Below are positions 45,356-55,667 of a stretch of DNA of 64,000 nt, piece after piece. Source of the stretch: a virus (taxonomy: Duplodnaviria > Caudoviricetes); IMG/VR virus record IMGVR_UViG_3300021376_000006; one strand, 5' to 3'. The position numbers were made by a program, and so were the translations under genes. Under the pieces are notes generated by a model. That model did not search any database, was not told the origin of the DNA, and saw only the letters and a list, made by a program, of their open reading frames with translations. Numbering within the stretch: the stretch's first letter is position 1; every line of letters starts with the position of its first letter.

Positions 45356-46076
45356 ATTGAATACTAATTACGTGTTCGTAATTTTTCTTGATTAAACTTT
45401 TGTACATTAAATTTTTATGTACATTAAAACCTACTGCGCCGGCATCATGACTAAATTTTGCCAACTGTTTAAAAAACATTGCTCGTCTAGCAAATGGCAT
45501 AGATGCTATTAACGATTGATTACTAATCTGATACACATGAGTTTTCCAGCTATTTCTATCGGTACTGTCATGGTCATGGAACTCTAAAAAAATATCTGTT
45601 GATTGAGCATTTCTTATCAACGCCGGAATACTGAATTCTCTGTCTTTAAATTCTTGATTTTTGTAATCCTTACATGTAGTTATCACATATTCTCGAGCAA
45701 GATTACAAATTTCTTGTACTCGTGCTCGTTGTTCATTATCGTCTTTGGCAAAGGTGAAATATTCATCCAAAACCATAACACAATCAAAGTGCTTGTGATA
45801 TGATCCCAATTTGTCAGCTGGTATATAATCAAACGAAACATTATTTTGCTTAAAGAACTCACAAGCATCGTTAGATGCCTGCGTTAAAAAAATATTTTTA
45901 GCTGATTCAACTAGCATAGCAGGATTAAAACCCACATACAAAACTCTTGTGGAATTGAAGTTGTGAAATTCAGCAATTACCTCAAGTATTTCTTTTTTGC
46001 GTTTTAATATTTCAGTTGGTTTGGTATGTGCTTTGTACGCTCGTAAAAGACAATCAGTGTAACTTCCAAAACTCAT
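45339..46076 (-). CDS. methyltransferase-fold-like protein
   Basis: VLYVGFNP, FDCVMVLDEY; degenerate Rossmann motifs. Confidence 0.45.
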   Translation of the reverse strand: MSFGSYTDCLLRAYKAHTKPTEILKRKKEILEVIAEFHNFNSTRVLYVGFNPAMLVESAKNIFLTQASNDACEFFKQNNVSFDYIPADKLGSYHKHFDCVMVLDEYFTFAKDDNEQRARVQEICNLAREYVITTCKDYKNQEFKDREFSIPALIRNAQSTDIFLEFHDHDSTDRNSWKTHVYQISNQSLIASMPFARRAMFFKQLAKFSHDAGAVGFNVHKNLMYKSLIKKNYEHVISIQFDNGS

Positions 46077-46101
46077 GATACCCTTTGTTATTATTAGTTT
46101 A

Positions 46102-47022
46102 TTATTTATTGGGTTGGCGAATTAAATCAAGTGTTACACAATGAAAACCACCGCCTAGTGTTCTCGAATGCCTTAGTTCCAATGGGATTACCGTAAAATT
46201 TTGTATTTCTAATATCTTTATTAATTTATTCTGCTGTTTATCAACAATAACTGTGTTGGGATCCAAAACCAGCATATTTAAAGCTATCCATTTACTAGCA
46301 TACGGATACTGATAAAATGCCTGTTCTACTACATCATCTATCCAAATAACTTCCCAATTGTCAAAAACATTGGGTAAGTTATCCATATTGACCCTGCTGG
46401 CATTTACCATCACCAATCCTTCTCTCAAAGGAACTATGGTGCTGTCAATATGTGCTCCTGAGTAAAACTTACATATTTCAATTTTGACATAAGGAAATTT
46501 TCCCATCAACCAATGTGCTGCTTGATAATTACCACTTACGCTTTCAAGAAACAGCATCTGGTCATTTAATCGTAAAACGTTTGCAGCATCCATAACATAT
46601 TGGCCGTTGCGTGGCATACGATGTACAGTATCGGAACGATACACAACGTCGTCTAGTGCTTCTATTTCCATGTCTCTACAAGGATACATCATGGCAGGAT
46701 CAACAATTGTGCTTCCATGGATCAATAATCGATCTCTTGGACAATAATTGTACATACCGCCGCGCTCTTGAAAATTGATGGCTTTGGGTCGGTGTACGGC
46801 AGCACCGTATTGCTCTAGGGTTTGTACTAGAACATCAAGATCTTCATTGGTTTCATCAATGATCCAATCCGGAACAGGCCCGCTAGGTACTGGTGTTTCT
46901 CGCCAAGTGGTTTTTTCACTTTCTTGCGCGAATACAGGATCATCACTAGGCCAATTAGAAAAATCAGCACGGCCCACAACAACTTCTCGTAATGGATCCC
47001 ATTCATTGAATGAGTGTATCAT
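46102..47022 (-). CDS. amidinotransferase (glycine/inosamine-phosphate amidinotransferase family)
   Basis: NEWDPLREVVVG, YCPRD, HIDST, LNML, GGGFHCVTLD. Confidence 0.9.
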   Translation of the reverse strand: MIHSFNEWDPLREVVVGRADFSNWPSDDPVFAQESEKTTWRETPVPSGPVPDWIIDETNEDLDVLVQTLEQYGAAVHRPKAINFQERGGMYNYCPRDRLLIHGSTIVDPAMMYPCRDMEIEALDDVVYRSDTVHRMPRNGQYVMDAANVLRLNDQMLFLESVSGNYQAAHWLMGKFPYVKIEICKFYSGAHIDSTIVPLREGLVMVNASRVNMDNLPNVFDNWEVIWIDDVVEQAFYQYPYASKWIALNMLVLDPNTVIVDKQQNKLIKILEIQNFTVIPLELRHSRTLGGGFHCVTLDLIRQPNK

Positions 47023-47534
47023 ATGTGTCCGGTTATTTGTAATGTATATCTAGGTTGGAATCCCATGTTAAATGCACTGTGTGGTGCATCCCATGGCCAT
47101 ATCAAAGTAAATCCTGCAATCCAATCAGCATACCCAGTGCTTTCACATTCTGCAAAATGTCCGGGTTTACGATCTTGTAAAAATACCACTGCTCGACGTA
47201 TCCGGTATTCCTGACCTTGTAAATTGAATAATTCAATGTAGCGACGATAGGTATCAATGTGATTGGGTAAACTGCTACCTGGATCCATTCTGTAATAACA
47301 TGTGCCTATGTTCTTCCATTTGCCATAAGTTTCAAAGAAGTCAATAAATTTTTGATTCCAACTGGGCTGAGCACTACGCATGTCGCACATCCAACCACCA
47401 AATGGACCGCGGAATCCCGCATCTTCCCACTCTATTTGTGTAGCAGGATCATTGAATTTTTCTTTTATGTAATCTAATTTTGTATATTCATCATCCCAAA
47501 ATTTTGCAATGTTAAACTGTTCGTGTGTTACCAT
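47019..47534 (-). CDS. 2OG-Fe(II) oxygenase-like protein
   Basis: PNHID (HxD), distal PHSA.N, RYTLQITG. Confidence 0.75.
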   Translation of the reverse strand: MVTHEQFNIAKFWDDEYTKLDYIKEKFNDPATQIEWEDAGFRGPFGGWMCDMRSAQPSWNQKFIDFFETYGKWKNIGTCYYRMDPGSSLPNHIDTYRRYIELFNLQGQEYRIRRAVVFLQDRKPGHFAECESTGYADWIAGFTLIWPWDAPHSAFNMGFQPRYTLQITGHI

Positions 47535-48738
47535 AATAAATTACCTTGTAATCTTTACTGGTTTTATATTTGCGCCAAGGATCAACAATTACACTGCCAG
47601 GTTCTAAGTCAACATATAGTTCTTGTTCTCGTTGTTCTCCTGTATATCCGTATGTGACATTTCTGTTGTGAGCTAAAAATGCTATTACCGGCATACCATT
47701 GAATGGAGGATCGTCGCCGGTTAAAGGATCTACATAATAAAATTTGGCTTGAATAGATTGCAAATAATGACCTATCAATAAGCTATAACTGCCATCAACG
47801 AAATCAACGTCTGGTTTATATGCTTTGCCCATAATGAATATAGGCAAGTTGTATTGCCTTTGTATTTTGGCAAGATATCTTGCAATGTTGCGTGCCTGTT
47901 TTTCTCTTGCATGCATTATGGTATTAAAAATATCATAACCAAGATTTAAATTTTCTGCCAACCAACGTAGTGCAATATTGTCTCTTGGGTGGCATGGACC
48001 TGCATCGCCCATTCCTGCTCGCATGTATTTTGGACTCATTATACGTATGGTGCTATTGGCCAATGCCTCAGTAACAACATCAACATTTATATTACCATTT
48101 GCCATAGCAACATCTTGAATCATGTTTACTAATCCAATTTTGGTACTAATAAATGTGTTATAAAATATTTTGATTGATTCTGCTTCATCCCAGGTACCGA
48201 CTATGTATCTAGGATTGTTTTGCATGATAGACTTATAAAATTCAATCAATGTCTTGGCGTCTCCTGTTTCACTTCCATCCTTGGTTCCAATAATAACCAT
48301 TTCAGGATTTATCATGTCCCACTCAACACTGCCCATGGCAATCAAGTAAGGATTATAAACAAAGCGAGCATTGGTAATACATGAGCGTAGTTCTTTTCTA
48401 ACTGTACCAGGTAATACTGTGCTAATTAACACAACTAACTGATCTGGGCTGGCCCATGCATTGATATTGTTAAGCACTTGTTTAACTGTAGTATAATCAA
48501 AATCTTTATTAGGCAAATGTGTAATTGGTTGGCTGCCATCATAGGCAGGATCATGCGGAGTTTGTACTGCCACAAATACCAAATCTTTTCCTACCACTGC
48601 ACCTCGTATAGAGTCAGATATTTTAATTTTGTTGCTGGTTTTTGGACACACATCATAACCAACTACATCGTGAACTTGTGCCATTGTTTCAGCACAAGGC
48701 ATGCCCAACTTACCAAGACCGATAAAGCCTATGTGCAT
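47512..48738 (-). CDS. UDP-glucose/GDP-mannose dehydrogenase family protein
   Basis: IGLGKLG, VAVQTP, ISTVLPG, YNP, KIFYN, GPCHPRD, YKPD. Confidence 0.9.
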   Translation of the reverse strand: MHIGFIGLGKLGMPCAETMAQVHDVVGYDVCPKTSNKIKISDSIRGAVVGKDLVFVAVQTPHDPAYDGSQPITHLPNKDFDYTTVKQVLNNINAWASPDQLVVLISTVLPGTVRKELRSCITNARFVYNPYLIAMGSVEWDMINPEMVIIGTKDGSETGDAKTLIEFYKSIMQNNPRYIVGTWDEAESIKIFYNTFISTKIGLVNMIQDVAMANGNINVDVVTEALANSTIRIMSPKYMRAGMGDAGPCHPRDNIALRWLAENLNLGYDIFNTIMHAREKQARNIARYLAKIQRQYNLPIFIMGKAYKPDVDFVDGSYSLLIGHYLQSIQAKFYYVDPLTGDDPPFNGMPVIAFLAHNRNVTYGYTGEQREQELYVDLEPGSVIVDPWRKYKTSKDYKVIYYGNTRTV

Positions 48739-48796
48739 TAGTTTTCCTTTTGAAATTTTAACGTGTAGAAAATCAAATTTACGAGTATTGTTTTAT

Positions 48797-49561
48797 TTAT
48801 TGTACGCTGGTTGCATTGATAGTATTCAAAATTAATTGTTCCATGTCATGTATACGTGTTCTGGTTGTGTTACTATTTAATACCACAAACAAGCGTTTTT
48901 GGTTGCGAATGTACACACTCATTACTAAACATCCGCCGCTGGCTCTTACATATCCAGTCTTACTTACAATTACGTTATACTTGTTAACCAAAGGATTTGT
49001 GTTATTATATTTAAATTTAATGAATTTTTTCTTTTTCTTCTTTACAAGTTCGCCTACTGCTTGATTGCTTGCATACACAATTTCTTTATATCGTTCAGCT
49101 GCCATCAACAACTTAATCAAATCTCGAGGTGTACTTACATTTCTGTTATCTAGGCCACTGCTGTCCGCGAATCTTGTATCGGTCATTCCTAGTATTTGAG
49201 CTTTATGATTCATATCAGATATACAATTATTGTATCCTCTACGATAAACTTCGCATAGCATTTTAGCCGCATAGTTATCTGAACGTATAACCGCCAAATT
49301 AATTAATTGTTCTCTATTAACAATTAGGCCGCGAAATCTCCTGTCAAGAGGTTGTTGTAAATTATCGTTAGAATCAAGAACTACCATGGCTGTCATTAAC
49401 TTGGTTATACTTGCAATAGGCTGCTGTATTTCAATATTTTCCGATTCTAATACGGTACCATTACCGTCGGCTATAAGCCAAGACTTAGCCGATATATTAG
49501 TAGAAAAAACAGGGTAGCTCACAATCATAAAGATCGCGTAAGCAAGAAAAAATCTAAACAT
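48797..49561 (-). CDS. D-Ala-D-Ala carboxy/endopeptidase (peptidase S11, PBP7-like)
   Basis: SITK (SxxK), SDN, KTG motifs; signal peptide. Confidence 0.9.
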   Translation of the reverse strand: MFRFFLAYAIFMIVSYPVFSTNISAKSWLIADGNGTVLESENIEIQQPIASITKLMTAMVVLDSNDNLQQPLDRRFRGLIVNREQLINLAVIRSDNYAAKMLCEVYRRGYNNCISDMNHKAQILGMTDTRFADSSGLDNRNVSTPRDLIKLLMAAERYKEIVYASNQAVGELVKKKKKKFIKFKYNNTNPLVNKYNVIVSKTGYVRASGGCLVMSVYIRNQKRLFVVLNSNTTRTRIHDMEQLILNTINATSVQ

Positions 49562-49708
49562 TATGTAGGGTACTTTTCTAGATCTTCAATGAAATATTCC
49601 ATGATTAGGAATATTGTAGCACACATTGCCATAGCAAACAAGCTGCCTTGTCTGATAGCCATGGTCATTGCTGCCCAAAAGAACAATCTCAGTCCCCACT
49701 TTACTAAG

Positions 49709-49840
49709 TCAATGGTATACATTAATTATATTTACTACTTCTTCTATGTGCAAGTTTAAAGTTTTTGCAATTGCCACATGACTGTATCCTTGCCGATGCA
49801 GGTCCAATACAGCTTTAATAACGCCAGGATTTTGTGCCAT
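49709..49840 (-). CDS. small HTH-like protein (43 aa)
   Basis: GYSHVAIAKTLNLHIEEV. Confidence 0.45.
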   Translation of the reverse strand: MAQNPGVIKAVLDLHRQGYSHVAIAKTLNLHIEEVVNIINVYH

Positions 49841-49991
49841 GTTGTAGTTGGTGTCTTTCAATAATCAGTTTTACCGCTTGTTCTGGGTATCTTAGCCGCA
49901 TACATATTTCTTCCACCGTGTAACCATGATCCTGATACATGCGTTCAATCAAATCAATTCTGGGTTTGACGATAAATTGATATTTATTCAT
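49815..49991 (-). CDS. small HTH-like protein (58 aa)
   Basis: GYTVEEICMRLRYPEQAV. Confidence 0.45.
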   Translation of the reverse strand: MNKYQFIVKPRIDLIERMYQDHGYTVEEICMRLRYPEQAVKLIIERHQLQHGTKSWRY

Positions 49992-50761
49992 TGCTTTATT
50001 TCACAATCTATCCACTTTAAATTGTTGTACCAATCATATACCACACTGCCTTTGGGAATCAGGCATCTACCCAGTTCGGGGTCAACTTCTATTCGAATCT
50101 GTACCACGGCCCAGATCAACCATATCAAATATAACGATGTGACAGCGCCTATGCCATACTTCCAGGCATTGCATTTGATATGTTCAATTCTTTTACGTTT
50201 TGTGTCTGCGGCTCGACGATCATCCACACGTTTCTTGGCCCAGGCGATTGCCTGTTGCCGCTTCATCTTTTCCATCATGGCCTGCACTCTGGTGTACAAG
50301 TCACCCAGCTCGGTTGGACAATTGTATACCATGAGTTCTCTCAGTTCGGCCTCCATGGCAACCAATCTACTTTGCATGAGCACTCGCTGAAGTGCTCGCT
50401 TGCCTAAACTGGTTTCGCCTGTGTACACTTCATTGTCATGTCTTTCTTCTTCTTCGAAGATGGCCGAACACTTGGCATAGTTTTCAAAATACACACCCAG
50501 TTCTTCGCCAATTTGAGTATACACATCGTTGGGCTGTTTTTTGCTTAATTCAATTATCCGATTTTTTTCTTGGATAAATTGATTCTTTTCTGCAACCGTA
50601 GGTGCTCGATGTTTGAATTTCTCACCAAACTGTGCATCTAAATCCGACAGTATTCCCTTGACATCACCGGCTGCACTGGCTATTTCTTTGTATAATTCGC
50701 AGCCTTTTTTTACAGCCTGTACGGCACCATTTGCAAGGGCAAAGAGGGTTAGCGGATCCAT
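49988..50761 (-). CDS. coiled-coil protein with C-terminal TM
   Basis: MDPLTLFALA N-terminus; TM near C-terminus. Confidence 0.65.
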   Translation of the reverse strand: MDPLTLFALANGAVQAVKKGCELYKEIASAAGDVKGILSDLDAQFGEKFKHRAPTVAEKNQFIQEKNRIIELSKKQPNDVYTQIGEELGVYFENYAKCSAIFEEEERHDNEVYTGETSLGKRALQRVLMQSRLVAMEAELRELMVYNCPTELGDLYTRVQAMMEKMKRQQAIAWAKKRVDDRRAADTKRKRIEHIKCNAWKYGIGAVTSLYLIWLIWAVVQIRIEVDPELGRCLIPKGSVVYDWYNNLKWIDCEIKQ

Positions 50762-50886
50762 TTCCTCCGCTCCTGAATTGAACTTAAAATAACCCTATAA
50801 ATTGGGTCACACATAGTTGATCCTTTATAATTAATTTTTGACGGACCAATAGTTATCGAACTTAGTTATACTTATTTGGTCAAAAC

Positions 50887-50911
50887 AAAAAAGCCCCTTG
50901 CGGGGCTTTTT
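50887..50911 (-). terminator. rho-independent terminator (bidirectional-like)
   Basis: AAAAAGCCCC-GCAA-GGGGCTTTTTT. Confidence 0.8.
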
Positions 50912-50928
50912 GTCAACTTAAAGTACGC

Positions 50929-52938
50929 TTAAAACCCTATTCTTAACACAAAGTTGCCGGCTACACTTTGTATGTCACGGTGTTGTAGTTGAACTGCCCC
51001 CACTGCCAATGAAAGTCTATTTGTAAGGTCTTTTCTAATACCCAACCTTGCAATTTTGACTGCGTCGTCAGTTTGTGAATATTCACCAAACACCGCAACT
51101 GATCCAAATGATCTATCAAAACGCACACCAAGTTCGCTGCGTTTTGCAGTTGAGTCTACCGCTGCATATGACATGGCAGTCAAAGCACTACCCAGTTCGG
51201 TCACAGCATCTCGCGTATTTTGTTCCACTCGGTATCCAACAAATGGACGTAGCCCTTTTAAATCCGGAGTATAAAGTCTCAGTCCCAACCATCTATCACT
51301 ACCGACAGTTCTTGAACTGTTGCTGTAACCCAATTCAGGCAAACTGTGTGTTGTGGTCATTTCGTTATTGGCATATCCCAACTCGGAGGCAAACAACCAA
51401 TTTCTCAAATTTGAGATAGAATACAAGTTTACAATATCTTTGTTCAATCCACCTGTGGCATTGTTGCCGGACATGGCAGATTCTGAACGACTGACACTGA
51501 AACCAATAACGGTTCTTGGAGATAATAACTTATCAATACCAAAACCAAATTTCTTGCTGCTAATGGTATATCCGTCTACGGTGTACTCACCGGTTCGTTC
51601 TCCCATAGAGTAAAAACTTACAGTGCCTTCTTTGCCTACATTGCCACGGAACGCGATTTCGCCATCAACTATGCTTTGTCTGGCCAATACATCATTTCGT
51701 GATAGCAAATTAACATAAGAGTTAGTGTCAGCTAGCACTGTGTATTGATCAATTCTTGTTGCATAATCTTGACTAGTGCCAGTTGTGACCACTTGATCAA
51801 ATGTGGTTGTAGTTGTTACTGTTTGATTGACGGTACTAGTTGTAGTAACCGGGGTACCATTTGTTGTGACAGTGGATCCATCGCTGTATGTGGTTACAGT
51901 GGTAGGAGTTGTCACAGTGGTTGTAGTCACTGGAGTTGTATCTGTTGTCACCCGTGTAACTGGTGTGGTAGCCACAATGGTGATATTTCTTGTCACAGTC
52001 AAAGATTTTGCTGTACCGGCTCCTCTAGTGTCAGTAACAGTTTCTACTACAGTAGTGGCACCTGGTGTATCAACAACTGTAGTTGTAGTGGCGCCTGTGG
52101 ATGAACTAGTATACACTATAGGTGTACCAGGTGCTGTTGATACCACAGTGGGCGAGCCACCTCCGCTACTACCACTAAAGTTGGCTGTGGTAAGTGTACC
52201 GCTATAACCTCCTGGAGTGGCTGCTGTGGTGCCACCATTGGCATCATAGCCTCCGCCGCTCATGTTGGCAGTTACACCTGTGGCTGTGGTTGTACACATT
52301 ACACTTCCGCTGGTCGTACCGCAAGCACCCCAGCTGGTAGAACTGGTCCAACCTTGTGCAAAGACGCCGCCGGGATCTAGACCAAATTCTGGATTGTAAA
52401 GTATATTATTGCCTGCTGTACCACCTGTGGGTGTAAATGTAACAGTCGGTACACGCCATTGTGGACCATAGTTACCTGCCCACCAACTAGTGTCAGTACC
52501 AATCATGACTACTTTTACATAAGCAACACTACTACAACTGCCTGCTGATCCACAGTTGGTAGATGTTAAACTTAGTGTGGTCCATGGTTCACTGTTATCG
52601 CCCGGTACCGAACTCCATGCATTCATTTGTAACAAGTTACCTGTGGCATAACTTGTTTGACTTGATCCTAATAGTGTATTACTAGAATTGTAAAACTCTA
52701 ATTTAAGTTGACCAGTATCGTGTTGTAATGGTCTTCCTCCGCCAGCATGCGCCTCAACGGTAAATGTTAAAGTTCCTCCATTTTGCATTGTTGAATCGAA
52801 AACTACTATTTGACTGATAGTGCTGTTTGCCATATACGACATGTTTGCACTATTGTAATCTGTGCCTGACTCGAAAGCATTTACTGAATTGAAACACATG
52901 GCGGCCATGATCGCAATGATCTTGCCCCAATATTTCAT
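50929..52938 (-). CDS. autotransporter-like outer membrane protein
   Basis: signal peptide, beta-rich passenger, Thr/Val-rich stalk, alternating-pattern barrel ending in F. Confidence 0.7.
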   Translation of the reverse strand: MKYWGKIIAIMAAMCFNSVNAFESGTDYNSANMSYMANSTISQIVVFDSTMQNGGTLTFTVEAHAGGGRPLQHDTGQLKLEFYNSSNTLLGSSQTSYATGNLLQMNAWSSVPGDNSEPWTTLSLTSTNCGSAGSCSSVAYVKVVMIGTDTSWWAGNYGPQWRVPTVTFTPTGGTAGNNILYNPEFGLDPGGVFAQGWTSSTSWGACGTTSGSVMCTTTATGVTANMSGGGYDANGGTTAATPGGYSGTLTTANFSGSSGGGSPTVVSTAPGTPIVYTSSSTGATTTTVVDTPGATTVVETVTDTRGAGTAKSLTVTRNITIVATTPVTRVTTDTTPVTTTTVTTPTTVTTYSDGSTVTTNGTPVTTTSTVNQTVTTTTTFDQVVTTGTSQDYATRIDQYTVLADTNSYVNLLSRNDVLARQSIVDGEIAFRGNVGKEGTVSFYSMGERTGEYTVDGYTISSKKFGFGIDKLLSPRTVIGFSVSRSESAMSGNNATGGLNKDIVNLYSISNLRNWLFASELGYANNEMTTTHSLPELGYSNSSRTVGSDRWLGLRLYTPDLKGLRPFVGYRVEQNTRDAVTELGSALTAMSYAAVDSTAKRSELGVRFDRSFGSVAVFGEYSQTDDAVKIARLGIRKDLTNRLSLAVGAVQLQHRDIQSVAGNFVLRIGF

Positions 52939-53143
52939 TTTTTTTAGCTCCTTTAGTAGACTTGTTGTTTTTGTTTGTGTCTACCAAGTATTTACAACAA
53001 AAAACCTAATGATTATGTGGCACTACATTCTATGCGGTGGAGTGACAGGTGCAGGTTGTGGAGGATTTTTGACAGGACGATGTGCAAACCAACTCATAGT
53101 TGTCTCCTTTTTATGACACAAAAAAACCTGGAAATTTTCCAGG

Positions 53144-53530
53144 TTATTTGTAATTAATTTTGGTTCCTAATCCAGTTCCTTGTTTAAGTGGACTAGTATC
53201 TGGTATATGTATTCGTTTACCAACTCCCATCATGCAATATTCATTGGTATTCAAATCATGAATAAACCAGCTGGTGGTTTCCGTTTCAAAATTAGCGTAT
53301 ACCAAATTTACTGTCTGTTCATTGGGTGCTTGAGTAGCCATGATTAGTTTTTCACCATATCGTTCCATGGTAATTTCAACATCTTCAAAGCTGCCACACA
53401 TCAATTGAATTTTTCTAAACCTAGGTTCTGCTGTAGCTGCTGTGGCTGCTGTGGCTGCTGTGGCTAGAGTGACCAGTAAGATGACTGCTAAAATTTTGTT
53501 CATACAGTATATATCATAACACCGTGGCAT
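53144..53530 (-). CDS. exported hypothetical protein
   Basis: signal peptide with (TAA)n expansion; two Cys. Confidence 0.6.
   Translation of the reverse strand: MPRCYDIYCMNKILAVILLVTLATAATAATAATAEPRFRKIQLMCGSFEDVEITMERYGEKLIMATQAPNEQTVNLVYANFETETTSWFIHDLNTNEYCMMGVGKRIHIPDTSPLKQGTGLGTKINYK
53430..53465. repeat. 9-bp tandem repeat x4 (GCTGT[A/G]GCT)
   Basis: encodes Thr-Ala-Ala repeats in the signal region of 53144..53530. Confidence 0.8.
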
Positions 53531-53545
53531 GATAAAATACCAATA

Positions 53546-53860
53546 TTATGTTTCTTGATGATCAAATCTGCCGCAAACTATGTCATAAAATTCGTCTAGT
53601 TCGCCGCCCCACTTGCCTTTGAGATATGGACGTAAGTCGTAGCACAGTTTTGCGTTTTTGTCTTTGTTGGCCTGTACAAATGTATTGTGTAGCTTTTTCC
53701 AGTGATCCAGTTTAACAACTTCTTCTAACGGAATTTGATCTCCGGGCACTACACAAAATGTTTCTAATATTTGTCCTTCTACATCGTGTGGTTCTAGTTC
53801 AAGAACAGTGTATCTTTCACTTAATTCTTCTGCTATTTGTCTATTAAAAATAATATCCAT
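53546..53860 (-). CDS. hypothetical phage protein
   Basis: YTVLELE...L.GKWGGELDEFY. Confidence 0.65.
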   Translation of the reverse strand: MDIIFNRQIAEELSERYTVLELEPHDVEGQILETFCVVPGDQIPLEEVVKLDHWKKLHNTFVQANKDKNAKLCYDLRPYLKGKWGGELDEFYDIVCGRFDHQET

Positions 53861-54396
53861 TATCGTTTTTTTACTCCTACTATTTTGTATATATGCTGTA
53901 CAGCTCTAGCCTGATAATAACAATCAATCAATGCATTGTGAGCACCGTGTCTGTTTTTTTCTCTTGGATCACCATGAACACTAAACAATGTACGGCTGTC
54001 TCTTATCTGCCAAAATTGCCACGGAGTCGGACGACCAACTTGTCTATATAGATCTTCTAGTATAACAATGTCAAAAGCAGGTCCTTGACACCAAATATTA
54101 TCTGCACCAACCAAAAAGCGATTGAGCTGATCCAACATATCATTTACACTTATGCGACCATCCATGCCCATAGCTTCTTCTCTTACTTCTTCAGTTTGTG
54201 TTCCCCACCAGGCAACTGTTTCGTCTTGAACGTGTCGGTCCATAGATAGTTGTTCGTCAACATCTGGTTTTAAGTATAGGCCTTGACCTTGATCAACATC
54301 CGACTCCCAGGGGCTAAACTTGACTGCGCCGAAAGTTAAAATAACTGACCATGGTCTTGTGCTCAGCGTTTCAAGATCCAGCATTACATCCATCAT
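53860..54396 (-). CDS. DEDDh 3'-5' exonuclease
   Basis: LDLETL, FDIVIL, HNALIDC. Confidence 0.85.
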   Translation of the reverse strand: MMDVMLDLETLSTRPWSVILTFGAVKFSPWESDVDQGQGLYLKPDVDEQLSMDRHVQDETVAWWGTQTEEVREEAMGMDGRISVNDMLDQLNRFLVGADNIWCQGPAFDIVILEDLYRQVGRPTPWQFWQIRDSRTLFSVHGDPREKNRHGAHNALIDCYYQARAVQHIYKIVGVKKR

Positions 54397-54869
54397 TGAC
54401 TCCTGAGGGCTCTATCAGCTTCGGCTGCTGCTACACGTCTACGCAGACTACTGGAACTGAACGAATGATCGCGTTGGTTAAACACCAATTCAATTCGACG
54501 ATTGTAACATTCTTGTGCACCAGTAAAATCTTTTTCTGCGTATTCTATACCCAGTATACGCACATCAATAGGCAGGGTCAAAAGAATGTCAACTAAATCT
54601 TGCTCAGTCTGATATACAACCACTTCATCCACATAGCGACATGCCGCCAATTGAATCTGTCGCTCCACGACACTCTGTACGGGTGGATTTTTTATATCCG
54701 GACGGTCAATTGTGGGGTCGGTTTGCAGCCCGGCGATAAGATAATCGCAGTGATTCTTAGCCTCTGCCAACATTGCAATATGACCGGCGTGGCATAAATC
54801 AAAAGTCGAAAAAGTAATCCCAATCTTAAGTCCCTTATCCTTAAGTTCTCGTATTTTATTGAATATCAT
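54393..54869 (-). CDS. cytidylyltransferase (TagD-like)
   Basis: TFDLCHAGH (HxGH), RDHSFSSS. Confidence 0.88.
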   Translation of the reverse strand: MIFNKIRELKDKGLKIGITFSTFDLCHAGHIAMLAEAKNHCDYLIAGLQTDPTIDRPDIKNPPVQSVVERQIQLAACRYVDEVVVYQTEQDLVDILLTLPIDVRILGIEYAEKDFTGAQECYNRRIELVFNQRDHSFSSSSLRRRVAAAEADRALRSQ

Positions 54870-55181
54870 TCAATTAGCTGGTTCTAATTTTACGTTGAGA
54901 GGAAAGCCGTTGTTACGAGCAAGAAGAGTTGCTTCTACACCTTTTTGTTCAGCTATTTCATAAGGTAAAGTACTAACCACGCTAGATCCTTCTTGATGAA
55001 TTTTCAAAGTTATTTCATGTGCAGTTTGCTCTGAATGATGGAAAATTGTTTTGAGAGATTCTACAACAAATTCCATAGTTGTTACATTATCGTTTAGATA
55101 TATTACATTAAACAAACTGGGTGGCTGGATGTTTGTTTTGATTTGAATCCTAGGTTTGACTACAATATCTGTTTTGCTCAT
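54870..55181 (-). CDS. clpS: ATP-dependent Clp protease adaptor ClpS
   Basis: VIYLND..T.MEFVV, IHQEG, EIAEQK. Confidence 0.9.
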   Translation of the reverse strand: MSKTDIVVKPRIQIKTNIQPPSLFNVIYLNDNVTTMEFVVESLKTIFHHSEQTAHEITLKIHQEGSSVVSTLPYEIAEQKGVEATLLARNNGFPLNVKLEPAN

Positions 55182-55197
55182 GGTCTTGTAGGTTTAA

Positions 55198-55219
55198 GTA
55201 GGGGGATGTATCCCCCTAC
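55198..55219 (-). terminator. hairpin after hsp20
   Basis: GTAGGGGGA-TACA-TCCCCCTAC; weak U-tract. Confidence 0.5.
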
Positions 55220-55229
55220 TGTTATTATA

Positions 55230-55667
55230 CTACTTAGCGAATGTAATTGCAATCTTCTTGGGCTTTTGTTCTTCGGGAACAATATGCTCCAAACTAACTG
55301 CCAAAATACCATTAATTACTGTAGCGCCTTTAACTTCCACATTGTCAGCTAAAGTAAAATGACGAGTGAAAGTTCTTGCACTGATGCCACGGTGCAAGTA
55401 TTCGTATTCATCTTTTTGCTTTTGTTCGCCTCGAATCGTTAGAACATTTTCTTTGTATTCAATATCAAGTTCATCTTCACTGAAGCCAGCAACCGCTAGT
55501 TGGATGGCATAGTGATTTTCGTCAATTCGAACAATGTTGTGAGGCGGATAGTTGTCGGCTTTACTATTGGCAAAAGTGCGTCCTAGTTCGTTGAACAATC
55601 TATCAAAGCCTACAGCATGGCGATGAAGTGTTGGTAAATCAAAAGTGCTAATTGTATAAGTTGTCAT
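55230..55667 (-). CDS. small heat-shock protein Hsp20 (IbpA-like)
   Basis: GFDRLF, YPPHNI, LAVAGF, YLHRGIS.R.F, NGIL. Confidence 0.92.
   Translation of the reverse strand: MTTYTISTFDLPTLHRHAVGFDRLFNELGRTFANSKADNYPPHNIVRIDENHYAIQLAVAGFSEDELDIEYKENVLTIRGEQKQKDEYEYLHRGISARTFTRHFTLADNVEVKGATVINGILAVSLEHIVPEEQKPKKIAITFAK

Noticed and set aside
50750-50815. Short upstream ORF MCDPIYRVILSSIQERRKWIR as a leader peptide
   Set aside because: It has an RBS-like AAGGA, but no attenuator structure or other support is visible.
51745-52150. Thr-rich region as a DNA tandem repeat or VNTR
   Set aside because: Low-complexity protein linker with degenerate codons, not an exact nucleotide repeat.
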